NCBI GenBank assembly: GCA_047285805.1
Contig: JBJBCN010000002.1
Span: 1,216,001 to 1,280,000, forward strand
Length of the DNA: 64,000 nt
DNA from: Synechococcus sp.
GTDB taxonomy: Bacteria; Cyanobacteriota; Cyanobacteriia; PCC-6307; Cyanobiaceae
Reading direction: 5' to 3'
This document shows, piece after piece, positions 11,214-21,365 of the stretch. Each line of letters opens with the position of its first letter. Within the stretch, counting starts at the first letter, position 1. Position numbers and translations under genes: made by a program. The notes below the pieces were generated by a model. That model was not told where the DNA came from, did not search any database, and worked only from the letters and a program-made list of their open reading frames with translations.

Positions 11214-11414
11214 TCAGTTCCCTGAGCGAATCCAATCTTTTAAGAGCTGCGGGACATTGACTTGTTTCAATTCCTCATCAGCGATCACGGCAACTCTCTG
11301 AACGCCTGAATGAGTCGTCAGCACCTTTGCAATGGCGTGTTCTTCATCCATCGCCCGAACCGGATGGATGCTGCAGCGGTTCGAGTCGCAATAGAACACT
11401 GAATACGCCGTCAT
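11214..11414 (-). CDS. Hypothetical protein
   Basis: 66-aa ORF beginning MTAYSVFYCD. Confidence 0.55.
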   Translation of the reverse strand: MTAYSVFYCDSNRCSIHPVRAMDEEHAIAKVLTTHSGVQRVAVIADEELKQVNVPQLLKDWIRSGN

Positions 11415-11731
11415 ACCAATCAAAAGAAATGGTGTGGGCCGCGATGTGAGGAGTGCGACCCTGCGCTGCCGATAGGACCACGGGGAGGTAAGGACCTCGT
11501 CCGTTTGGTTAGGTCAGCACCGTTAGGTCATGGCCCAGGTGGGTCAAACCTGGCAAGCCTCTTCTTATCTCTCGCGATCTGTTCTTATTTCGAACCAGGC
11601 ATCCGCCTCGAACGACCCTTAACTCAAACTTTACTCAAACCTCTGAAAGTGGCTAAAAAAGTTCTCTAGCACTGAAGCTTGGTACTACTCCCGCAAGGTC
11701 TGATTCCGATCAGATACCCCTCTGTTCACCG

Positions 11732-11759
11732 AGCCCCCGCCAACGCGGGGGCTTTTTTT
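11732..11759 (+). terminator. Terminator, probably the original rpsD terminator, now downstream of attR
   Basis: agcccccgc-caac-gcgggggct plus T7, about 30 bp after the duplicated rpsD 3' end. Confidence 0.8.
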
Positions 11760-11780
11760 GTGCGTTGTGATGGCTAGGCC

Positions 11781-12665
11781 TCAGCCGACGATCAACGTTT
11801 CCAACGCGTGGGTGACATCGTCCTGGCGCATCAGCGATTCACCCACCAACACCGCATCGGCACCGGCGCTCTGGACCCGGTCGAGATCATCGCGACTGAA
11901 GAGCCCCGACTCACTCACGAGCAAACAGCCCTTGGCGCGCAGCTGGTCGCCGTAGCGCTCCATCAAATGCTCCGTGGTGGCCAGATCAGTGTGGAAAGTG
12001 GCAAGGTCGCGGTTATTGATCCCAATCAGCTGAACGCCATCGAGAGCCAGAACCCGCTCCAGTTCGGCAGCATCGTGCACCTCAACCAGTACCGTCAGTC
12101 CCAGACTCCTGGCCACCTTGAGCAGATAGGTCATGTCCTGATCGCTCAGGATCGCCGCAATCAAGAGGGCCGCATCGGCACCGGCCGCCCGCGCCTGGTA
12201 GAGCTGATAGGGGGTGAGGATGAAGTCCTTGCAGAGCAGCGGCAGGTCCACCACCTGACGCACCTGCACCAGCACCTCAAAGCCCCCCTGGAAGAACGGC
12301 TTGTCGGTCAACACCGACAAGCAGCTGGCACCCCCAGTGGCATACCCCTGGGCAATCGCCTCAGGATCGAAGTCCTCGCGAATAACTCCCTTGCTCGGGC
12401 TGGCTTTCTTGAGCTCAGCGATCACTGCCGGCTTGCGACAAGCCGATTTCAGCGCGGCGAGGAAGTCACGGGGGGCGGGCAGGGCCGCCACCTGCCCTTT
12501 TAGTTTTTCCAGTGGCACCCTATCGCGGGCCGCCTCTACTTCGCGGTCCTTCTTCCAGACGATCTTCTCAAGGATGTTGCGGGGCTCGCCCTCCTCATGG
12601 GGACAGGCGTACTCAAGGTGAGCAACCTTCACCTTGGGGTTTGGGGGCCTACGGCGGATCTCCAT
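11781..12665 (-). CDS. trpC: Indole-3-glycerol phosphate synthase
   Basis: [30 protein letters not shown] and VSESG. Confidence 0.97.
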   Translation of the reverse strand: MEIRRRPPNPKVKVAHLEYACPHEEGEPRNILEKIVWKKDREVEAARDRVPLEKLKGQVAALPAPRDFLAALKSACRKPAVIAELKKASPSKGVIREDFDPEAIAQGYATGGASCLSVLTDKPFFQGGFEVLVQVRQVVDLPLLCKDFILTPYQLYQARAAGADAALLIAAILSDQDMTYLLKVARSLGLTVLVEVHDAAELERVLALDGVQLIGINNRDLATFHTDLATTEHLMERYGDQLRAKGCLLVSESGLFSRDDLDRVQSAGADAVLVGESLMRQDDVTHALETLIVG

Positions 12666-12689
12666 GGTCGTCTCGGTAGGTGATTGAAC

Positions 12690-14132
12690 TCAGGCGGCGA
12701 CCGACATGGCGGCTTGCTTGTAAGCCACTTCGACCACCTCGCTCAAGGTGGGGTGGGTATGCACCTCATTGGCCAATTGCTTCACGCTCTGGCGGCGGGC
12801 CACGGCGTTGGCGATCTCTTGGATCAGGTCAGCGGCGTGGAGTCCATAGATGTGGGCACCAAGGACTTCACCGGTGGCCTTGTTGAAGAGCAGCTTCATC
12901 AAGCCATCGCTCTCCAGCTCCGCCAGGGCCTTGGAGTTGGCCTTGAAATAGCTGCGCACCGAACCCAGCTCAAAGCCCTCCTTGGCCGCCAACTCCTTGG
13001 CGTCGGCTTCGCTGAAGCCCACCGAGCTGATTTCAGGATGGGTGAAGGTGGCCGCCGGAATCGAGCGGTAATCGATCGTGCGGGGGTGCCCCAGGATGTT
13101 GTCCACCGCGACCGTGCCCTGGGCCGCTGCGGTGTGGGCCAGCATCATCTTTCCGGTCACATCACCGACCGCCCAGAGGTGGGGGACCGGCGCGCCGTTG
13201 ACCAGCACACGCAGCTGATCGTCCACGGGGATGAAACCGCGGTTGGTCTCGATCCCGCAGGCCCCCAGGTTCAGCTCGTTGCTGGTGGGGACCCGGCCAG
13301 TGGCCACCAGGACTGCGTCCACCTCCAGGGTCTCCACGGGCTCGCGGGTCTGCATATTTACCAGTTCGATCTGAACCGGAGCACCGGGCTTGATCGACTT
13401 GGCCAAGACCCCGGAGCGGGCATCGATATCGCGCCCGTCGATCAGGTTGCGAGCAGCGATCTTGGCGATGTCGGGATCGAAGGTGGGCATCACCCGATCC
13501 AGGGCCTCGATCATCGTCACTTCACAGCCCAAAGCCGTGTAGACGTCAGCGAACTCCAGGCCGATATAGCCACTACCAACGATCGCCAGCCAGCGGGGCA
13601 GCCACTCGAGGTTGACCGCCTCATCGCTGGTGAAGACTGTACGGCCGTCGGTTTCGATGCCGGGGGGCACAAACGGATCTGAGCCGGTGGCGATGATCAC
13701 GTCGCGGCCGGTCAGAACCCGATCAACACCGTTGATCTCCCGCACGCCCACCTTCTGGGAGCCCTCCAGACGTCCGGTGCCGCGGATGATCGTGACCCCA
13801 GCGCGCTCCAGGGTCTTCGTCAGATTGGTACGGATCGTCGCCACCAGCTGGTTGGCGTGATCGGCGATTTTCTGGCGTTCAAAGCGCACGGGAGCGGCAT
13901 GGATGCCGAACCCCTTCAGGTGCTCCGCGTCGGCCAGCTCGCGCACGCGGCCGCTGGCGGCCAACAGGGCCTTGGAGGGAACGCAACCGCGATTGACGCA
14001 GGTGCCGCCCATGTCGCGGCTTTCGATGATCACGGTGCGCAGCCCGTGTTCAGCGGCGTGCTTCGCAGCGTCAAAGCCGCCGTAGCCCGCGCCAATCACG
14101 ATGACGTCAAAGTCGAAACTGCCGTCGCTCAC
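12690..14132 (-). CDS. lpdA: Dihydrolipoyl dehydrogenase
   Basis: GAGYGG, GGTCVNRGCVPSK and HTHPTLSE; GTG start at 14132. Confidence 0.97.
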   Translation of the reverse strand: MSDGSFDFDVIVIGAGYGGFDAAKHAAEHGLRTVIIESRDMGGTCVNRGCVPSKALLAASGRVRELADAEHLKGFGIHAAPVRFERQKIADHANQLVATIRTNLTKTLERAGVTIIRGTGRLEGSQKVGVREINGVDRVLTGRDVIIATGSDPFVPPGIETDGRTVFTSDEAVNLEWLPRWLAIVGSGYIGLEFADVYTALGCEVTMIEALDRVMPTFDPDIAKIAARNLIDGRDIDARSGVLAKSIKPGAPVQIELVNMQTREPVETLEVDAVLVATGRVPTSNELNLGACGIETNRGFIPVDDQLRVLVNGAPVPHLWAVGDVTGKMMLAHTAAAQGTVAVDNILGHPRTIDYRSIPAATFTHPEISSVGFSEADAKELAAKEGFELGSVRSYFKANSKALAELESDGLMKLLFNKATGEVLGAHIYGLHAADLIQEIANAVARRQSVKQLANEVHTHPTLSEVVEVAYKQAAMSVAA

Positions 14133-14167
14133 CTGAGGCCTGCCCAATTGGGGGGCATTCTCCCCTG

Positions 14168-14974
14168 TCAGCCCCCCAAACCCAAGTTGTGTTGCTGTCG
14201 CCACCGCTCCAGCAGCAGTGGAGCGGCCGCCACGCCGACGTTTAAGGACTCCACAGCTGTGCTGTGGGGAATGGTCACCCGATGACTGGCCAGGGCCGCC
14301 AACTCCGGATGGAGCCCGGCCCCTTCGTTGCCCAGCAACAGCACCGTTGGCCGTGTCCAATCCAGCTCCCAATAGGGAACCGTCCCGGCCTGATCCACCA
14401 GGGTGGCGACCAGTTGATGGCCTGCGGCCCGCGCCTGCCCGAGTTGTTCTGCTAAGCCGCTTCGGTCGGGATCACGGCGGTGGGGCAAGGCCAGGGCCAC
14501 CCCCGCCGAAGCCCTCAGCACCTTGGGCTGACAGGGATCAGCCCCGCCCCCCAGCCAAAGGTCATCCACCCCCGCCGCCAGGGCCGTCCGCATCAAGGTG
14601 CCGAGATTGCCGGGATCCTGCAGTTGATCCAAGGCCAACACAAAGGAGCCCAGGCCCTTGGTCTTGGGCAGGGCCTCCTGGGGGAGCGTGGCCACCACTC
14701 CGTCCGGGGTCTCCGTGGTGGCCACGGCCGCCAGCACGGCCTCACCCGCAGGTTGCAGAAGCTCCTCGGCCAGGCCGTCCAAGAGAGATCCGTGGCGTTC
14801 CAGCCAGTCCGGGGTCGCCAGAACCTGCTCCGGCAACAGGCCCAGGCGAAGGAGTTCTTGGAGCTGATGGGTTCCCTCCACAAGCAACAGGCCCTGCTCC
14901 CGGCGACCTTTCGGCTGATGCAGGGCGCGCATGCGACCCACCAGGGGATTGCGACGGCTTGTGATCAGCTCCAT
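14168..14974 (-). CDS. TrmH/SpoU-family RNA methyltransferase
   Basis: QDPGNLGTLMRT, GNEGAG and ESLNV. Confidence 0.93.
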   Translation of the reverse strand: MELITSRRNPLVGRMRALHQPKGRREQGLLLVEGTHQLQELLRLGLLPEQVLATPDWLERHGSLLDGLAEELLQPAGEAVLAAVATTETPDGVVATLPQEALPKTKGLGSFVLALDQLQDPGNLGTLMRTALAAGVDDLWLGGGADPCQPKVLRASAGVALALPHRRDPDRSGLAEQLGQARAAGHQLVATLVDQAGTVPYWELDWTRPTVLLLGNEGAGLHPELAALASHRVTIPHSTAVESLNVGVAAAPLLLERWRQQHNLGLGG

Positions 14975-15222
14975 CAGAAGCTTTCGTGTCTCCTCACGTG
15001 CAGGCCATCGCCCACAACGATGCTCTGGTCATCGAGATCCAAGCCCCGGACCGCGGCGACCTCGCCCTTCAGGCCTTCGGCCTGGAGATTTTTGATGAGC
15101 TCCTTGATCAGGACGTCTTCAATCGTTTTCTGATCAAAGGCATCAGGAGTCAGGGCCTCCAGAAAGCGCCCCATCTTGGAAGCCACCACTTCCGGGGCGT
15201 TGGTGATCTTCAGAACGAGCAT
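14974..15222 (-). CDS. Conserved hypothetical protein
   Basis: MLVLKITNAPEVVASKMG..., with a stop overlapping the next start. Confidence 0.7.
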   Translation of the reverse strand: MLVLKITNAPEVVASKMGRFLEALTPDAFDQKTIEDVLIKELIKNLQAEGLKGEVAAVRGLDLDDQSIVVGDGLHVRRHESF

Positions 15223-15330
15223 CGACTCAAAAACAGAAGGAAGCGCTGGGTTGAGCACCGACCCCAAAGCTGGCAAGAGCAGCGGGGTTCAGCAATAAAA
15301 AAGCTCCTCCCCGAGGGGAGGAGCCTTCAG

Positions 15331-15414
15331 TGCGGATGGGGAGACTTGAACTCCCACGACATTGCTGCCACTAGTACCTGAAACTAGCGCGTCTACCAAT
15401 TCCGCCACATCCGC
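15331..15414 (-). tRNA. tRNA-Leu(CAG)
   Basis: Cloverleaf with a long variable arm and anticodon arm ctagt-ttCAGgt-actag; terminator hairpin at ~15297-15325. Confidence 0.97.
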
Positions 15415-15600
15415 AGGGGGGGCGATGTCGCTCGCGGCAACCAGCGAAATTTACCCCATCAGGGTCCGGCTTCAGGAGAGGGGCGCAATCGGCGACAAAC
15501 CAGGCCAGCAACGGCTTCGAGCCAGTTCGAATGCCGGCCGTCTTGCCGGTCTCATTCGTTGTTGTCAGGATAGGACCCCTCAGGCGGGACACCTTTAGCC

Positions 15601-16896
15601 ATGACCGCGACGCTGGTCCCGTCTCAACAGATTCTCATCCCGCAACTGGAAATCGCCGGCGGTCGGCGCCTCTCCGGAGAGCTCCGCACCAGTGGGGCTA
15701 AGAACTCTGCCCTGGTTTTGATGGCAGCTAGCCTCCTCACAAGAGAGCAGCTGCGGCTACGCAACGTGCCGCCCCTCACCGACATCGGCGGCATGGCCGA
15801 TATCTTGACCTCCCTCGGCGTAACCACCAGCCATAACGGCGACACCCTGGAGATGGACGGCTCTGGCCTGAGCCAGTCCGCCCCGCCCTACGAGCTGGTC
15901 AACAGCCTGCGGGCCAGCTTCTTCTGCATTGGCCCGCTTCTTGCTCGCCTGGGCATCGCTCGGGTCCCCCTTCCCGGGGGCTGCCAGATCGGCACCCGCC
16001 CGGTGGTGGAACACGTCAAAGGCCTCAAAGCCCTCGGCGCCCAAGTGACGATTGAGCACGGCGTCGTCTCCGCCGTGGTCCCCGGCCGCAGCCATCGCCT
16101 GACCGGCGGACGCATCCATCTGGACTGCCCCAGCGTGGGCGCCACCGAGACCTTGATGATGGCGGCCGCCCTCGCCGAGGGGGAGACCGTCATTGAAAAC
16201 GCAGCCCTTGAACCTGAGGTCGTGGACCTCGCCGGGCTACTGCTCGCCATGGGAGCCAAGGTGCGGGGCGCGGGTACCCCCACCATCACTATTGTTGGCG
16301 TTGAACGGTTGCACGGCGCGGACTATTCCGTCATTCCCGACCGCATCGAAGCCGGCACCTTCCTGCTGGCTGCCGCCATCACCCGCTCCTGCCTCACCGT
16401 TACCCCAGTAGTGACCGATCACCTCGGCGCCGTGCTGACCAAGCTCAAAGAGGTGGGCTGCAAGTTGGAGATTGATGGCACCAACGTGACCATCAGCGCC
16501 GACGCGATTCAAGCGGTCGATCTGCGCACCCAGCCCTTCCCTGGATTCCCCACGGACCTCCAAGCTCCCTTCATGAGCCTGTTGGGGACGGCGAACGGCA
16601 ACAGCGTGGTAACCGAGAACATTTTTGAGAACCGGCTCCAACACGTCGCCGAACTCCAACGCATGGGGGCAGCCATCCGCACCCAGGGCAACACCGCCTT
16701 CATCGAGGGGGTTCCGCGCCTGAGCGGCGCACCGGTGCAGGGCTCTGACCTGCGAGCCTCAGCCGCCATGGTGCTCGCCGGCCTTGCCGCCGATGGCATC
16801 ACGACCGTGCAAGGGCTGGAGTACCTCGATCGAGGCTATGCCGATTTCGAGGGCAAGCTGAACGCGGTCGGCGCCTCGATCCGCCGACTCGGCTGA
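15601..16896 (+). CDS. murA: UDP-N-acetylglucosamine 1-carboxyvinyltransferase
   Basis: [26 protein letters not shown] and FPTDLQ. Confidence 0.98.
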   Translation: MTATLVPSQQILIPQLEIAGGRRLSGELRTSGAKNSALVLMAASLLTREQLRLRNVPPLTDIGGMADILTSLGVTTSHNGDTLEMDGSGLSQSAPPYELVNSLRASFFCIGPLLARLGIARVPLPGGCQIGTRPVVEHVKGLKALGAQVTIEHGVVSAVVPGRSHRLTGGRIHLDCPSVGATETLMMAAALAEGETVIENAALEPEVVDLAGLLLAMGAKVRGAGTPTITIVGVERLHGADYSVIPDRIEAGTFLLAAAITRSCLTVTPVVTDHLGAVLTKLKEVGCKLEIDGTNVTISADAIQAVDLRTQPFPGFPTDLQAPFMSLLGTANGNSVVTENIFENRLQHVAELQRMGAAIRTQGNTAFIEGVPRLSGAPVQGSDLRASAAMVLAGLAADGITTVQGLEYLDRGYADFEGKLNAVGASIRRLG

Positions 16897-16915
16897 CCCC
16901 TAAAGTCATAAACGC

Positions 16916-16997
16916 GGGAGCGTGCCGGAATTGGTAGACGGACTCGACTCAAAATCGAGCGCCTTCGGGCATGTGGGTTCAAGTCCCACCGCTCCTA
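16916..16997 (+). tRNA. tRNA-Leu(CAA)
   Basis: Cloverleaf with anticodon arm ctcga-ctCAAaa-tcgag. Confidence 0.97.
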
Positions 16998-17038
16998 TTT
17001 CTCCCCCACCGACCACATCGCCGACTGAGACGGCGGTG

Positions 17039-18253
17039 ATGAATACCTACGGCCGGTTCCCCCTGGAATTGGTCCGCGGCCATGGGGTCTGGGTTTGGGA
17101 CCAGCACGGCCGCCGATACCTCGATGCCGTTGCCGGCATTGCGGTCTGCACCCTCGGCCACAGCAACCGCGTCCTGCGCAAGGCGCTCGACCGTCAATTG
17201 CGCAAGCTGCAGCACGTCTCCAACCTGTATCGGATCCCTGAGCAGGAACAATTGGCGGGCTGGATTCGCGACAACAGCTGCGCGGACAGCGTCTTCTTCT
17301 GCAACTCCGGCGCGGAAGCCAACGAAGCCGCCATCAAGCTCGCCCGCAAGCACGGCCATGTGGTGCGGGGCATCGACACCAGCAGCGAGCGGGGCCCGCT
17401 GATCCTCACGGCCCAGGCCAGCTTCCACGGCCGCACCCTGGCCGCCGTCACGGCGACCGGGCAGCCGAAATACCACCAGGGGTTTGAGCCCATGGTGCAC
17501 GGGTTCCGCTACTTCACCTACAACGACACCTCCGCCTTCGAGGCGTTGCTGCACCGCTGCGAGGCCGCCGGTCCGCGGGTTGCCGCCGTCATGCTCGAGC
17601 CGCTGCAGGGCGAAGGAGGTGTCAATCCCGGCAATGTGGCGTTTTTCCAACGAGTACGGGACCTCTGCGATCAGTACAAGATCCTGCTGATCTTCGACGA
17701 GGTCCAGGTCGGCGTCGGCCGCACCGGGCGGCTCTGGGGCTACCAAAAACTGGGGGTTGAACCCGACGCATTCACCCTGGCCAAGGGTCTCGGAGGTGGA
17801 TTCCCCATCGCCGCTCTCTGCGTCAAGGCCCAGGCGGATCACCTCAAGCCCGGAGAACACGCCAGTACCTTTGGCGGCAACCCCATGGCCTGCCGGGCCG
17901 GCCTCACGGTGGCCAGCGAGCTGCAACGCCGCAACCTGCCGGCCCATGCCGAAGCAATGGGTCGGCTGCTGCAGCGGGAGTTACTCGAACTCGCCAAGCG
18001 CCATCCCCAGTTAGTGAAGGGCGTTCGCGGCTGGGGGCTCCTGCAGGGTCTCGTCCTTCAAGCGAACGGCCCCAAGGCCATTGAGGTGGTCAAAGCCGCC
18101 ATGGACCACGGACTGCTGCTGGTGCCCGCCGGCACCGATGTGGTTCGATTTGTCCCTCCCTTGACGATCCAACCGCGGCATCTGCGCCTCGCGGTCAAAC
18201 GACTCGAGAAAGCCCTGCTGGCGTGTCCATCCCCGACCCCTTCAGCGAGCTGA
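17039..18253 (+). CDS. argD: Acetylornithine aminotransferase
   Basis: FCNSGAEANE, SFHGRT, DEVQVG and AKGLGGG. Confidence 0.93.
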   Translation: MNTYGRFPLELVRGHGVWVWDQHGRRYLDAVAGIAVCTLGHSNRVLRKALDRQLRKLQHVSNLYRIPEQEQLAGWIRDNSCADSVFFCNSGAEANEAAIKLARKHGHVVRGIDTSSERGPLILTAQASFHGRTLAAVTATGQPKYHQGFEPMVHGFRYFTYNDTSAFEALLHRCEAAGPRVAAVMLEPLQGEGGVNPGNVAFFQRVRDLCDQYKILLIFDEVQVGVGRTGRLWGYQKLGVEPDAFTLAKGLGGGFPIAALCVKAQADHLKPGEHASTFGGNPMACRAGLTVASELQRRNLPAHAEAMGRLLQRELLELAKRHPQLVKGVRGWGLLQGLVLQANGPKAIEVVKAAMDHGLLLVPAGTDVVRFVPPLTIQPRHLRLAVKRLEKALLACPSPTPSAS

Positions 18254-19422
18254 TCGCTCCCTTCAGCCGTCGCGGTGTCGACCTGGGGCTGAAGCGAATC
18301 GAAGCGGCCCTCGCGGAACTGGGAAACCCAGAGCGCAGCTTTAGAGCGGTCCAGGTGGCCGGCACCAATGGCAAGGGCTCCATCGCGACCATGGTCGAGC
18401 GCATTGGGACGGCCTCGGGACTGCGCTGCGGGCTCTACACCTCCCCCCATCTCCTGAGCTGGTGCGAGCGGATTCGTCTGCCGGACGGAGCCATTGCCGA
18501 AGACGTGCTCAAAGAACTGCTGCAACGGCTCCAACCGCTGGCCCTACGACACGACCTCACCCCGTTTGAGCTGATCACCGTCTCGGCCTTTGTCGCCTTC
18601 GCGGAAGCTGAGGTGGACCTGGCCGTCCTCGAAGTGGGACTCGGCGGGCGCCTCGATGCCACCACGGTCCACCCAGGCCGCGACGTGCTGGCCTTCGCCA
18701 ACATCGGCCTGGATCACCTGGAACATCTCGGGCCCACCCTGGAGGCGATCGCCCAAGAGAAGGCGGCCGTGATGAATCCCGGGGCCATCGCCGTCAGCGG
18801 CCCCCAGGCCCCGGAGGTGACCGCGGTGCTGCAAACGCAAGCCACGGCAAAAGGGTGCGAGCTGCGTTGGCGAGCCCCCGTGGCCGAGGAAGCGGAAGGG
18901 GGACCGGCCTTGGGGTTGCACGGCGCACTTCAACGCAGCAATGCCGCCGTGGCCATCGCCGCCGCCGAAGCCCTCAAGGAAACCGGCTGGCCCATCACCG
19001 ACGCGGCCATTCGCCGCGGCCTCCAGCAGGCCCGGTGGCCCGGTCGGCTCGAGCTCCGCCAGTTCCGCGGCCAGGCCCTGCTGATCGACGGAGCCCACAA
19101 CCCCCCCGCCGCCATGGCCCTCCGCCAGGAACTCCAGCCCACTCAGCGGCGCTGGCTGATAGGAATGCAGCGCCACAAGGACGCTCCCGATCTGCTGCAC
19201 CACCTGCTGGAGCCCGGGGACCTGGTGCGCGTGGTAGCCCTACCGGAGCACGCCAGTTGGAGTGCTGACGAACTCGCCCGAGTGCTTCCCGGCATCGAAG
19301 CCGGCTCCGGTGATCTGGCCAAGAACCTGGAGTGGCTCGTGCAATCGGAGGGGCTGCCGGTCGCTTGCGGTTCTTTTTATCTGGTGGCAGCCCTCCTACC
19401 GCTGCTCGACCCGACAGACTGA
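18223..19422 (+). CDS. folC: Folylpolyglutamate/dihydrofolate synthase
   Basis: AGTNGKGS, YTSPHL, EVGLGGRLDAT and DGAHN. Confidence 0.96.
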   Translation: MSIPDPFSELIAPFSRRGVDLGLKRIEAALAELGNPERSFRAVQVAGTNGKGSIATMVERIGTASGLRCGLYTSPHLLSWCERIRLPDGAIAEDVLKELLQRLQPLALRHDLTPFELITVSAFVAFAEAEVDLAVLEVGLGGRLDATTVHPGRDVLAFANIGLDHLEHLGPTLEAIAQEKAAVMNPGAIAVSGPQAPEVTAVLQTQATAKGCELRWRAPVAEEAEGGPALGLHGALQRSNAAVAIAAAEALKETGWPITDAAIRRGLQQARWPGRLELRQFRGQALLIDGAHNPPAAMALRQELQPTQRRWLIGMQRHKDAPDLLHHLLEPGDLVRVVALPEHASWSADELARVLPGIEAGSGDLAKNLEWLVQSEGLPVACGSFYLVAALLPLLDPTD

Positions 19423-19443
19423 ACCCCCGGCCCGATCCGCACG

Positions 19444-19971
19444 ATGACCTGCACCCGACTTCTCAGCTGGCTGTCGGCCGTGCTGATCCTGCTGGCAGCA
19501 CCGGGCCTAACCCTGGCCCTCGACACCTCCGCTGGGGTGGGGCTGCAGGATCGCGCTCTGTTCCAGGACACCGTCGACTACACCCTCACCAACCAAAGCG
19601 GCAAAGACTTCTCCGGCCAGCAACTGGCCAACACCTCCTTCGCCGGTGCCGTTGGCAAGGCCGCTGACTTCAGCGAGGCTGATCTCCACGGCGCGATCTT
19701 GACCCAGGGGGCCTTCCCGGAGGCCAACTTCAACGGCGCGGACCTCTCCGATGTGCTGCTGGATCGCACCGACATGAGCGGCACCGACCTGCGGAATGCC
19801 GTCCTGGTCGGCGTGATTGCATCCGGCAGCACCTTCACCGGTGCCCAGGTCGAGAACGCCGACTTCAGTGATGCCCTCCTGGACCGTGCCGATCAGCGCA
19901 GCCTCTGCACCAGCGCCAGCGGCACCAACCCCAGCACCGGAGTCAACACCCGGGTCAGCCTCGGCTGCTAG
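19444..19971 (+). CDS. Pentapeptide-repeat protein (exported/lumenal)
   Basis: Signal peptide, A(D/N)(L/F)xx repeats and C-terminal ...SLGC. Confidence 0.9.
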   Translation: MTCTRLLSWLSAVLILLAAPGLTLALDTSAGVGLQDRALFQDTVDYTLTNQSGKDFSGQQLANTSFAGAVGKAADFSEADLHGAILTQGAFPEANFNGADLSDVLLDRTDMSGTDLRNAVLVGVIASGSTFTGAQVENADFSDALLDRADQRSLCTSASGTNPSTGVNTRVSLGC

Positions 19972-21365
19972 ATCCAGCCCCGCAACTTGCCGGGGTTCAT
20001 CAGACCAGCCGGGTCATAGGTCCGTTTGGCCTCCACCTGATCGGCATCCACCACCCCAAGCCCCCCGTCCTCCACGCTGATGACGTGGGGGTTGAACAGC
20101 AAACACCCCAGGTCACGGGCCTGATCGATCAGTTCTTGCAGGGCCGAAGCACCCCTCCAGCGCACCAAGGGGAGACAGGCGAGGCGCTGCCGGCCCTGGC
20201 TGCTAACCGCCTCGAGGTGCCAAAGCAGGTCCTCGCCCCAGCGCTCCCGTAGGGCCTCCAAAGCTGGGGCTACCGGCTGGGGCAAGAGCAACTGCAGATA
20301 GGTCCACCCCGGCTCCTGACTGCGCACGTGCAGGGTCGTGTGATTCCAGGTCAGCTCCCGCAGGGGAATGCCGCGGCTGCGCCCTTGGGGCTCACTCCAG
20401 CTCAGACTCCCCCCCAGGTCCAAGACCCAGGACTCCAGGACCGGCGTCGCATCCGGAGCCGCCAGGAGCAGGAGGCGATGGGCAGCGCCGCAAGCTGCAG
20501 GGCACCCCTGGGGCCAGGGCAAGCGCGCAGCGACAGAAGCCTCCAACAGACACAAGGCCTTCAGCTCCAGCGCTGAGGCCGCCAGCTGCTGGGCCGCCAC
20601 CAGGGCAGCCGACCAGTCGTAAAACTCCAGCACCCACTGCCGCCAGGCCACCGCAGGGGCGGAGGCCATGGTCAAGGCCGTGAAAATCCCATTGGTCCCA
20701 TAGGCATGGTTGAGGGGACGCGCAGCCCTTGCGTCCAGCTGCAGCAACCGCGGCTCGGGCTCCACCGTGACCATCTCAACCCCGAGTAGATGCCCTGGGT
20801 CCCGCAAAAATCCCCAGCGCAACGAACCAATCCCGCCGGATCCCCCGGCCACGTAGCCACCCAGGCTGGCGGTGCGCACAGTGCTCGGCAGCAACCGTTG
20901 CTCGCGGCCATGGGGGAGCAACTGGCGATCCAAGTCCGCCAGAACGATACCGGGCTCTGCGGTAAACACGCCCGAGCTGGCATCCACCTCGCGCAGCTTG
21001 TTCAGGCCACTGGTCTCCAGCAGTAAGCCACCAGCCAAGGGAATGCATTGGCCGTAATTCCCGGTCGCCGCCCCCCGCACCGTCAGGCTGACCCCATGGC
21101 GGCCTGCGGCCGCCGCCACCTGCAATACCTCGGCGGCTGAGGTCACGCTAACGCCGATCTGGGCGCGCAGGCCACAGAGCAGAGGCTGAAGCACAGGCGA
21201 GTACACAAACCCATCGGCCGCCAGGCTCTCCAGCTCCCCCGGACTGCGGAGCAAGGGCAAGCCTGAGGCCCTCAGATCAAGGGCCAATGCCTCGAGCTGG
21301 GCAGCCGTTGCGGGGTCAGGGAGACCCGGGGGCAGGGCGCCGGGCAGGTCAGTCGTGCACTGCAT
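19968..21365 (-). CDS. FAD-binding oxidoreductase
   Basis: RGAATGNYGQ, ASLGGYVAGGSGG, HAYGTNG and DPAGLMNPGK. Confidence 0.88.
   Translation of the reverse strand: MQCTTDLPGALPPGLPDPATAAQLEALALDLRASGLPLLRSPGELESLAADGFVYSPVLQPLLCGLRAQIGVSVTSAAEVLQVAAAAGRHGVSLTVRGAATGNYGQCIPLAGGLLLETSGLNKLREVDASSGVFTAEPGIVLADLDRQLLPHGREQRLLPSTVRTASLGGYVAGGSGGIGSLRWGFLRDPGHLLGVEMVTVEPEPRLLQLDARAARPLNHAYGTNGIFTALTMASAPAVAWRQWVLEFYDWSAALVAAQQLAASALELKALCLLEASVAARLPWPQGCPAACGAAHRLLLLAAPDATPVLESWVLDLGGSLSWSEPQGRSRGIPLRELTWNHTTLHVRSQEPGWTYLQLLLPQPVAPALEALRERWGEDLLWHLEAVSSQGRQRLACLPLVRWRGASALQELIDQARDLGCLLFNPHVISVEDGGLGVVDADQVEAKRTYDPAGLMNPGKLRGWI

Larger units (their letters stand above)
8860..11703. mobile_element. 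Degenerate integrative element inserted in the 3' end of rpsD
   Basis: Direct repeat gtactactcccgcaa(a/g)gtctga at 8860-8881 and 11682-11703 (21/22 identical), an integrase-like stub at 8985, and small accessory ORFs inside. Confidence 0.85.

Noticed and set aside
16922..17038. N-terminal extension of ArgD in the ORF track
   Set aside because: It overlaps tRNA-Leu(CAA); the real start is near 17039.
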